Positions 53,211 through 64,000 of a DNA stretch of 64,000 nt are shown here, in pieces. Source of the DNA: Octopus sinensis (lineage: Eukaryota); assembly GCF_006345805.1 (NCBI RefSeq), contig NC_042998.1:73594001-73658000 (forward strand). Direction: 5' to 3'. The position numbers and the translations under genes were made by a program. The notes under the pieces are model-generated. The model ran no database searches, was not told where the DNA came from, and saw only the letters and a program-made list of their open reading frames with translations. The number at the start of each line of letters is the position of its first letter. Position 1 is the first letter of the stretch.

Positions 53211-54252
53211 GTATGTATTTGTGTGGTTGCAGTATCTCATGAATCTTTGTATTTTATAGAAGGATGTTATTCGAGTATAATTTGACTCGTAATGTTAGCA
53301 GATCGATCAATCATGCAGACGCTCCCCGATTGCTTCGTAAACATTTCCTTTTATCTCACAGGTATTGATAAAATATTATCTGGAAAAGCTCACTTCGATT
53401 CTGCGCAGCTCGTTCAAGCTATCTAATACAATCCCGCAAGCATTCGAACAGTCGGCAGGGCATCTCCTGGGTCATTATAGAGTCTGTGTTTATCTTCTTA
53501 TGGGCACCTTCTGTTGCGGTGTTCTTAAAACCTATCACTAATGAGATCTCATTTATATCTTTACTGCAGGATAAATACAGCGAATCCATTTTAGTATATA
53601 AACCCAGAACCACGCAAATAGCTTAGGAGTGAAATTTAGGATTTTTCGGTTTTTCGAGAATCGATTCCCAGATGGCTTTCACACTATGGCAACACTTTTC
53701 CCAGATGGTTTTCACACTATAGCAACACCATTGTTATGTTTTCATTATACTGTGTAATGTCCTTTCGTTTTTTTATTTCAGATTCTTTAGTTTTGGAGTT
53801 ACAGTCTTTGAGATCCCACAATCGATCCGTTTCTTCCAAGAATCATCTACCCGTGTCACAATGACATGAAGAGAGGTGCTTTTAGTACTTTCCTTGATGA
53901 CGACAGACTTTTCTTCATTGTTAACGCTTTTTTTCCACGTCCTTATTGTTGTTAGAGAGGCGAGACACTATTAGCATGGTTCACCCAAAATCTGAAGAAT
54001 CTGATATCAAAATAAAAGGGCGTTACACAAAATAATGAAACCATAACAATTGTATTATCATGTGGGCAAGCCATCTGGGAAAAGATTTATCAAATTCGAT
54101 TCCTAAGAGATGGGAATTATGTACATAATTTATATTATTTACATTTACATGGATATTTGTCCTCATGTTGTGGTAATGTATTTTACTATGATGGTGTTGA
54201 TAGGATGTTGATAGTGGTGGGGGTCGATGATAGTGTTGGTTGCGGTAGTGGA

Positions 54253-54287
<35 letters not shown>

Positions 54288-54822
54288 GGAAAATTGCTTC
54301 GGCAGAAAAAAGCTTCAGTAAAATATATGAGGTCCAAAAAGGTAGAGTAACACCTGATCGACTATAAGTTCAAATATTTTCTTTTTTCAAATAAATCTAT
54401 ATTTCATTTTAGCTTATATGATAGATCTCGATGACAGTAATCTATGTATGTTAGTTATATGCGAAAATATTCAATAGAAAAAGTGTATTGATTTAAAAAC
54501 CAGCGGGAGAAAAATGATCAACGCCTGAAATCGAATTTGACTCCAAATATTATTATTCTTTCAAAAGAAAACCGTATTTCAATTTAACTTTTCTGATACA
54601 TCTCGACTACAGGAATCCCTTGATGCTAAATACATCGAAAAAATAAATAAATAAATAAATAAACTACTGTGGCCAAATGTGTCGGAAACAGTGGTAACGC
54701 TTGAAAGCCAATTCAAAACCAAAACATTTTGTTTTTGTTTAGCTCATATGATAGAAGTCATCAAGACGAGAGTCATGGTGCTAATATTTTCAAAAATATT
54801 CAAAATGAAAAAGTTTTTATAT

Positions 54823-55250
54823 AGGCACAGGAGTGGCTGTATGATAAGTATCTTGCTTACCAACCACATGGTCATGGGTTCAGTCCCAATGCGTGACACC
54901 TTGGGCAGGTGTCTTCTACTATAGCCTCGGTTCGACCAAAGCCTTCTGAATGGATTCGTTAGACGGAAACTGGAAGAAGCCTGTCGTATATGTGTATATA
55001 TATGTATGTGTGTGTGTATATATATATATACAATATATAGAGCGTGTGTGTGTTTGTGTGTATGTGTTTGTCCTCCCAACATCGGTTGACAACCGATGCT
55101 AGTGTATTTACGTCCCCGTAACTTAGCGGTTCGGCAAAAGAGACCGATAGAATAAGTACTAGGTTTACAAAGAATGAGCTCTGGGGTCGATTTGCTCGAC
55201 TAAAGGCGGCGCTCTTGAATGGCCGCAGTCAAATAACAAACAATTAAAAG
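54823..55250 (+). mobile_element. full-length family-2 tRNA-derived SINE with internal (TA/TG)n
   Basis: GGCACAGGAGTGGCTGTATGATAAG head, GGGTTCAGTCCC box and an A-rich tail. Confidence 0.8.
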
Positions 55251-55366
55251 AAAAAAAATATAAGCTAAATGTGCCAAAAGTGCTTACAACAATTTTCATG
55301 TAATATTATTACTTAGTAGCAGAGATACCTGGCGTTGCTCGGTATTAAAACGGCATAGTTTGTGTA

Positions 55367-55414
<48 letters not shown>

Positions 55415-55417
<3 letters not shown>

Positions 55418-56519
55418 GGGTAGTAAATATTATGTCTATCATATTCTTTTAATTCGACATTAATAAAATAAATCACCATATACTAGCTAATTATGATTCT
55501 ATATTAATGGAAACGGGGATATATAAATATGAAATAATCGCAAATAATTCTATATACCTAGAAAAATTACTTGGTTCATGTTGATTACTTCCCTTCCATT
55601 ATTTTTTTAATATATCATATTCACTCCTAATATATGTACTAAATTAATAAGGTTTTTTTTCCACGGTTAGTAAATTTTATGCCTAACATTTTCTTTTAAT
55701 TCAACTCATTAAAATAATCACCACTTACTAGCTAATTGTGATTATATATTAATGGAAATGGATATATATATTTATATAAATATGAAATGATTTCTATATT
55801 TTCTATCCATGTATAAGATACTAATGTTTACTGAAATCTTTTAGGAAATTGTCTAAGGAATATTTACTTAAATTTCTTAATATAGAATGTGATGTCAAAT
55901 GGTAGTAGACATTAAAACCTCTGGAACACTAATAGTCTATCTTCCCCCACCCCTCTAACTTCAATATACTAGCTTTTTGCTTAGTGCATTCAAATGTATC
56001 TGGGATGGGTTCCTCAGAATAGGAATAGGTTTATTGGTTTTGACATTTGTTTCTACTCCTTCCTATATCTATTAATAGAAAAATTCTTTGTCTCCATCCA
56101 ACCAAAAATAGAACCCCCCTCCCACTGACAGATCTAAATAACAAAATGAAAAAATCTACAGTCAGAGAGTAAATTTAATACTATCATGTTCTTAAGAATG
56201 AAATCAACCTCTCTGTCTATATATCTACCCTCTTTATAATGTTGTCAAACGAAATAGAGATAAGAATGTGCATTGTCCGTTTAATTGGAAAATTTCTATA
56301 AGTGGCTGAAGATTGTTCGACATTTTAAAACTGATGTAATACTTACTGTGTTTAATAAAGTGAAGTAGCATGAAACGATCGTACCACATTACCTCGGATA
56401 TACTTGCTGCTTATTTTGAAAATAATCACCCCATGGATTTATATGGATAATATCATACAAAATTCTGGTGCATTTGACTTAAGTACCATATTCATCTGAA
56501 TCTAAATTTTGCTGAACTC

Positions 56520-56556
<37 letters not shown>

Positions 56557-57686
56557 ATATATATTATATATATATATATACACGGGTAGTAAATATTATG
56601 TCTATCATATTCTTTTAATTCGACATTAATAAAATAAATCACCATATACTAGCTAATTATGATTCTATATTAATGGAAACGGGGATATATAAATATGAAA
56701 TAATCGCAAATAATTCTATATACCTAGAAAAATTACTTGGTTCATGTTGATTACTTCCCTTCCATTATTTTTTTAATATATCATATTCACTCCTAATATA
56801 TGTACTAAATTAATAAGGTTTTTTTTCCACGGTTAGTAAATTTTATGCCTAACATTTTCTTTTAATTCAACTCATTAAAATAATCACCACTTACTAGCTA
56901 ATTGTGATTATATATTAATGGAAATGGATATATATATTTATATAAATATGAAATGATTTCTATATTTTCTATCCATGTATAAGATACTAATGTTTACTGA
57001 AATCTTTTAGGAAATTGTCTAAGGAATATTTACTTAAATTTCTTAATATAGAATGTGGATGTCAAATGGTAGTAGACATTAAAACCTCTGGAACACTAAT
57101 AGTCTATCTTCCCCCACCCCTCTAACTTCAATATACTAGCTTTTTGCTTAGTGCATTCAAATGTATCTGGGATGGGTTCCTCAGAATAGGAATAGGTTTA
57201 TTGGTTTTGACATTTGTTTCTACTCCTTCCTATATCTATTAATAGAAAAATTCTTTGTCTCCATCCAACCAAAAATAGAACCCCCCTCCCACTGACAGAT
57301 CTAAATAACAAAATGAAAAAATCTACAGTCAGAGAGTAAATTTAATACTATCATGTTCTTAAGAATGAAATCAACCTCTCTGTCTGTATATCTACCCTCT
57401 TTATAATGTTGTCAAACGAAATAGAGATAAGAATGTGCATTGTCCGTTTAATTGGAAAATTTCTATAAGTGGCTGAAGATTGTTCGACATTTTAAAACTG
57501 ATGTAATACTTACTGTGTTTAATAAAGTGAAGTAGCATGAAACGATCGTACCACATTACCTCGGATATACTTGCTGCTTATTTTGAAAATAATCACCCCA
57601 TGGATTTATATGGATAATATCATACAAAATTCTGGTGCATTTGACTTAAGTACCATATTCATCTGAATCTAAATTTTGCTGAACTC

Positions 57687-57687
<1 letters not shown>
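55415..57687. repeat. near-identical ~1.1-kb tandem duplication (55415-56520 and 56581-57687) bounded by three (TA)n tracts
   Basis: Only a 1-bp indel and one substitution were noticed by eye between the units; each unit also has an internal degenerate ~245-bp-period repeat. Confidence 0.95.
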
Positions 57688-57727
<40 letters not shown>

Positions 57728-57734
57728 TATTGCA

Positions 57735-58285
57735 CTTATGTTGAAAGAGGTGATACAGGAAAGAGCAGTGTTGACGACAAAACATTTGTGGAGTAAATTT
57801 TAAAGCTTTGCATAAACGACAATTTTAGTATAGCACACCGATTTGGGTAGAATTATCATTTTTGTAAGGATAGGATGGATCATATCTGAAAGCAGCTGCA
57901 GGTGTGGTGAAAAGCGAATTTGTACGTGGTCTGTTTCTGAGAGCTATTCTATTGGACATCTGTGTAATCTGGCGTGCTTAAACGTTGTTTTAATGATACA
58001 GCATGCTTTTCTAATCTTGGGAATGTATAATCTCCCTTCTCTCTTGAGACTCCATCTGATGTGCTGCATCATGCCGCTTGCTGATTTTGAGAGTCTCATC
58101 TCCCTTCTCTGTATTTGACGTGCTGCAGTATGCGTTTGATGATCTTTGGAAAGTGTCATGTCCCTTCAATATTGAGACTCTATCTGACGTACTGCAGCAT
58201 ACCTTTGCTGATCTTGAGAAAGTCTCATGTCCTTTATCTCTTGAGACTTACGCCTTCGGTTTTCTTCACTCCTCTTTGCATTACA
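57735..58285 (-). pseudogene. Helitron Rep/helicase N-terminal remnant (STPR-like repeats plus Cys motif)
   Basis: Charged repeats (KRHDAAHQMESQERRE...) are followed by AAAFRYDPSYPYKNDNSTQIGVLY*NCRLCKALKF. Confidence 0.6.
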
Positions 58286-59421
58286 TTTTTTCTTTGGTGG
58301 CATATTTTTTCAATATTTCAAACAAAACATTATGAACATAGAAAAAATATACAGTAATCTCTATTTTTATAAGCAGCTGTATGTATGTAGCATGTCTATA
58401 TTTTTGTATGCAGTATAAATTAACAAAATATAAGCAAATTATAAATGCCTTGCAACCCAGCAACTGCTGCGATAATTATGTACCGTTAATTGAACGCTAG
58501 ATATGTTTCTTTTTATATAACTTGGACCATCCATATAATTGCTTTTTTGTCAAGAGTTTCACCTCCAGCAGTTCTCGTTACATATGTATACGTATGTGTA
58601 GATGTATGTAACGGGAGCGCAAACACACACACACACTCACAAGCACATACACATTCATACACAAAATGTGACGATACGCATACATACACTCGTATCTAAC
58701 GCGCAAACACACACATGCATAAGTAAAACAATATTATAGTCTCATTACATTAGAATTAAAAGTGAAAGAATGAAAGTGAAATAGTATTATATCATACAAG
58801 GAAGTAATTTGTAGACAGAAATTACAAACCCCATTTCAGCGTATAAAGCTGTAGAAGAAACCAGCTTGATCGAAAAAACTTGAGCCACTTTAGGATATTT
58901 TTTTCTGACGCATGAACGCTCAGTGGCGTGCTTGAATTGTCATTGGTTAGTAATGAAGGCTTATTGGCTGTATCACAAGTTTTCGATTGAGAGAGAAATG
59001 TAAATAGTGTATTTAAATATACGGAGCGCAAAAAGTTTACACTGAGAGTGTGTGTGAAAGAAACAGGCATAGACTTAAAGAGAGAAAGTATTGCAGAGAG
59101 TGAAAGTGAGGAAAGAAAAGAGAATAAATAAACAGAGAGAGAAAACGGGGAGAATGGCTTGAAAACTGCAGAGGTCAAAGGAAAGGAATCGTTTGAAAAC
59201 TGCAGTTTTTAGAGAAACACCCGTGTGAAACACCTTTTTTCTTAGTCGGTTTCTTGCATTACGCGGGAGTTCTGGGCAAAATGCTATAATGCATGACCAT
59301 CCTTGGCACATAAGTAATATGTGTGTAAAGTGTAAAGTTTGGTGAAAATCGGTTGAAAACTGTAGAAATACATACGTACTAAACACAGAGACACACACAG
59401 ACACATCTTTTGTTATAGATA

Positions 59422-60509
59422 TGTTTCTTTATTAGCCACACAGGGCTGCACACAGATAGAACAAATTACAAGATAGAGCTTTTCTTTTGAAGGTTTAAAA
59501 AAAAAAAAAAAAAAAGGAAGGGGGAGTTTCGATCAAAAGGGATCGTAAAAGGAGAGAAAGAGGACAAAAAAAAGGGGGTTAAAAAAAAAGGGGGAGAGGA
59601 AGAAAAAAAAAAAAAATTGATCAATAGGGATCGTTATCACAGAAATGTCAATATGAAGTGTAAAGGGGAGGACAGGTGAGGTTTACCCGTGGAAAGAAAA
59701 GCCTACGGAAAAGACCACGGTAACCTCGGTCAATGGAGTCACATGTTATATTTCTTTTTTTTTTTTTTTGCAAATAAGCAACTCTCTGTTTTCAATTTCT
59801 GGGTTCATAGGATCATGCTCAAGGTGGCTTCGTCATTCATACGTGCCATTCTTGCTACATTCACCCATCTTTTTTTAAAACATTCGCTAGACAAAACTTG
59901 CCTCTCTACTCTCACTTTCCTTTTCAAGTGGTACTTGAAGAAGTTGATGAGAGATTGACCAGAGAGGAAAGTGTTTGTCTCCAATCCTTTCAGACGCGTC
60001 CACCAGATACATTCTTTCGCCATAGCCACAAGGATGATGAAAATAGCTCTTCCTTCCCGTGTAAAGGAGGGAGGCGTGACAATATTAACGATAGACTCAG
60101 CTGATAAACCGACTCGTCCCACACGTGACAGCAGTTGTTCGACACAAGCCCACAGGTCGGAAATTGTTGGACACTGCACGAGTGCGTGCAGAACGGTTTC
60201 GTCGCTCTGACCGCATCTCGGGCAGGTCGGCCCCGTGTTTCTCGAGCCGTGTCTGTAGAGCTTATGCCGAACGGGTAGCGCTTCTCGGTAGCACTGCCAG
60301 GCCAGGGATCTCTGGAAGTTGTCCATGGGCCCTGGCCCGAAAGTCGTCCTGAATAGGCGGGTCAGGTACTCCTCGTCGACGTCCAGGTTCGCCCCGAGCT
60401 CGTCGTCGTACCTCCCCTCCACTAAACCCCTATAGAATGCTTTGGTTGTGTTGAAGTCACTCAAGGTCGACCCAGGACGGCAGAGTTGCTTGAGAGCAAC
60501 GCGACACTC
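59422..60509 (-). mobile_element. 5'-truncated copy 4 (~1.1 kb) of the Tx1-like LINE, 3'UTR type B; (GATA)n 60511-60600 on the 5' side and only ATAGATA on the 3' side
   Basis: Uninterrupted ORF2 C-terminus (ECRVALKQLC...CPRC...H...C...LSMIL*, stop at 59805). Confidence 0.92.
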
Positions 60510-60510
60510 T

Positions 60511-60600
<90 letters not shown>

Positions 60601-62154
60601 TTGATGACACCTATATTGCTAAATGTTTCATTCAATTCAGTATTTTAAGTATCTTGCAAATATCTACCTCATATTCATAGAATACATACATACATACATA
60701 CATACATACATACATACATACATACATACATACATACATACTATATTGTGATAAATATATATTGTAATAAATATAATCCACACAAGGCAGTGTGTGAATG
60801 ATATACTGAAGGTCAACATTTATTCATTCGCGACCACTTCTACACTTTGTGCCCAATTCAGGTTTTTACTAAATTTGATGATTTTATGCATTTTTAGATT
60901 GTTCACATTCTAACCTACATTTTGAGCTGCAAAACGTGAAATTTGATTCAGTAGTAAAAACAAAAGTTGAGATTCAAAATATGCGGGGTCAAAAAGGGGA
61001 GAGTAACACCTGATCTCGATTTCAGAAATATACACGCGACGCTGCATACATATTTTCGTAAATACACACACACACACAAACACACACACATAAACAATGC
61101 AGACACACATACACACACACATGCACATACACAAAAGTAACTTCTAAAACGCCCATGAAGAGAAACAGGTGTGGCAAAAACGTAGCTTTAAGGAGAGACG
61201 GGGTAAGTTGATAACAGATGACACACATGCACACATACTTACATACATACGTACGTATATACATACATACATAGATACATATATGCATACATACAAACGT
61301 ACATACATGCATACATATATACATACATGCATACATACATACGTACATACATACATACATACATACGTACGTACGTACGTACGTACATACATACATACAT
61401 ACATACAACATACATACATACATACATACATACATACATACATACATACATACATACCCATTGCAGAAAAATGTTACTGAGGTTTAAAGTTTAACCATTT
61501 TTACCTCATCATTTTCACCTAAAGCAGGACATAGAAGTTGGCATTTTTTGCGTGATAGTTGTCTATCACAAAATGAAAGCAAAATCATTATACGAGGAGG
61601 AATTTCGTGTGTGTGTGGGGGGGGGGGTGTTTACAAAAATAAGTATGCAGGTGCTTGATAACCTCACGATGCCAAATTTTGTTGATTTTTCAAGAGTCTC
61701 TACTAGCCACTTTTGAGATATTAGGTTACGTGGAAGAAACAATGCAGTTATTAATAAGAAATGTTGAATTTATGTATGCAAAATTTCACTTCTCTAGCAC
61801 CACTCTTTCATAGTCTGCCCGCTCTCGTAGGCAGGTGATATCTAGTTCCTTTTCCCATCTTCTTTTCCTTTTTTTATTTATTTAAGAAGAGTTGGTGTAA
61901 ATTATTTGTGCCTTATTCGACAGCTGGTGGCAGCTGGGATTAATCTTGAGTATATTTGCCGTCATTTCTTATGAGATAAATTTTGTCATAAATTTTTACA
62001 TTAATACTGATACCTCAAACGTTTTGTGAGATATTGCCTTGTGTAAGAAGAAACTGCTGATTCTATGTGTATGACTGACTGTATTAATAACGCAATATTC
62101 AATTTTAGAATATTTTGAAATAAAATTTTATCTTTAATAACATGAGATTTTTAG

Positions 62155-62727
62155 GCGGCACCAACGAGGATATTAAGACGAGAATAAGTAAGGCAAGGAC
62201 CGCTTTTCACCTGTTAAAGAAAGTATGGAGCGCAAGTGTAATTTCAATAAAGAACAAAATAGGAATTTTTAACACTAACGTAAAAGCGGTGTTATTGTAT
62301 AGGGCTGAGACATGGCGAACAACAGTTAAGTCAAATAAGCAATTACAATCATTCATCAACAGATACTGCTTGCGTAGTATACTTAAAATTAGATGGCCTG
62401 AATACATAAGCAATATGGAGCTATGGCAAAGAACAAATGAAGTTTCGAATAGGAAGCAAATATTTAAGAAAAAGTGGAAGTGGATTGATAGCACAATTAG
62501 AAAAGACACACCAAATGTAGCGGAAAGTGCTTTACACTGGAAACCGGACGGATATAGTAGAGGTAGGCCTAAGAACTCGTGGCGGAGATCAACACAAAAG
62601 GTGCTAGAGAAAGGGGGACATTCATGGCAGAGTATAAGTACAGAAGCGAAAAATTATGCGACAGGGAATACAACTATAAGTAGCCTATACTCCGCGTTGG
62701 AGGGTTAAAGGCATAAAGAATTAAAAG
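62155..62727 (+). mobile_element. 5'-truncated RTE-clade LINE with probable TSD
   Basis: GGTNEDIKTRISKARTAF...FNTNVKAVLLYRAETW...CLRSILKIRW...RGRPKNSWRR; flanks ACATGAGATTTTTAG (62140-62154) and ACATGAGGTTTTAG (62728-62741). Confidence 0.85.
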
Positions 62728-63157
62728 ACATGAGGTTTTAGTTAAAAGTGGTTACCTCACAGATTTTACTTCTCCGTGGGTGATCATTGGAATCAATTCG
62801 ATTAGTTACTGAACTTATTTGGACTTCATCGCTGACTAAATACTCGCATATATATATTTATTCTCGATGAGATTTGTAGTTTATTGTTACTGTAGTATAG
62901 CCAAATTTAGACATGGCTAAAAGTGTTCATCTTATTTGAATAGAATTATAGGATTGTTATAAATAAATTTCTCACAAAGTCAGCACATGCACTGGTATGC
63001 AAATTAGACAGGCCAGTTTAGTTATTTTGGTTATGCGCGCTTGTTTCTCCTCCAAGGTCTGTGCTGATGTATGGGGATGCGTTACTTTCTATTATTACAT
63101 ATGACACCGAGATTTGAGTTTTGAGATACAGAAGATTGACGAACCGAATTAATTATA

Positions 63158-63382
63158 CTGGTTTCAAATTTTGGGACAAGGCCAACGATTTCGGGGTAAG
63201 TCGATTGCATCAACAAAAGTACTTGACTGATACTGCTTAACTGATACTTATTTTATTAACGCCGAAACGATGACGGGAAAAATCGACCGCGGTTGAACTT
63301 GAACTCAGAGCATCAAGATGGACGGAATACCGCTGAGCATTTTGCACGACCTGTTAACAATTCTGCGAGCTCGCTACCTTGG
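63158..63382 (-). mobile_element. decayed family-1 SINE
   Basis: Reverse complement of the family-1 head and core; flanked by a CCGAATTAATTATACT direct repeat (probable TSD). Confidence 0.65.
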
Positions 63383-64000
63383 CCGAATTAATTATACTAA
63401 TACAAAGCATTATCGGACAACTTCAGTCCCGTCGCTTCACTTACTTACTACGCACTTCCGATGCGACTAATGGGCAGAGGCTTTCTGTGTATATAGAGAG
63501 AGCTAAATTGAATCAACTAAAAGAAATGTTTCTTTGGACTATTATCAGGTAGTTGATCAATATTGTTGAAAATACATTTACTCGTGGATCAATACTATGC
63601 TCCGACAGTTGGCGTCCTAATGATGGGATGCAGTTATTAGCTCATGCAAACGGTAATGATACATAATGATGCAATTTTCTTCCTAACCACGTGATCTTTT
63701 TAAGAGGGGTATTAATCTAAAACACACATCGCTCCAAAGTACGTATAATTATTTACAGTTTCGCACGAAATTACACACACAAGCTTATGTGTCTCTGTTC
63801 GTATGAGCAGACACAGTGTGAGCAGACAGACATATACGCACACGGAAAGACATACCATAAAAATATTCACAGTTTTATGTTTTAAAATCTATACACTTTA
63901 ATGATAATATTGTCCCTCTCAGATTACGAAAAAAATTTTTGACAGCAAAATAAATTCGCCAGCTGTGACAAAATAAATAGAGCTTCAGCTGCATAATTAC

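Larger units (their letters stand above)
55316..59419 (-). mobile_element. defective ~4.1-kb Helitron
   Basis: Both ends resemble the 19158-19533 Helitron (left TAGCAGAGATACCTGGCGTTGCTCGG; right AAGTTTGGTGAAAATCGGTTGAAA...ACACACACAGAC...TATAGA|T); contains a Rep N-terminal remnant. Confidence 0.65.

Noticed and set aside
59805-60635. 276-aa ORF with YLSI-repeat N-terminus as a novel fusion gene (also 48705-49109)
   Set aside because: (TATC)n has no stop codon, so the frame reads through from the flank into truncated ORF2.

Overview
AT-rich, microsatellite-dense eukaryotic (animal) DNA with no recognisable host gene. The SINE repertoire suggests an octopus-type cephalopod, but that is inference. 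The window is a mosaic of transposon relics: tRNA-derived SINEs, CR1-like, RTE, R4/Dong and Penelope fragments, Helitrons, a Chapaev/CMC-type transposase and MITEs. Main observation: four young copies of one Tx1/L1-group LINE, all on the minus strand (29352-35365 full length with ORF1 plus APE-RT ORF2; 35441-35767; 45864-48928; 59422-60509). Each is joined to (TATC)n/(GATA)n sequence at both ends, whatever the 5' truncation point. This points to a GATA-microsatellite-specific retrotransposon with two 3'UTR subfamilies. Second observation: several minimal type-I hammerhead-ribozyme motifs of the Penelope type, including an apparently intact U3:A8 covariant inside a ~290-bp palindrome (15028-15321). 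Coordinates of decayed relics are approximate and all calls were made by eye.
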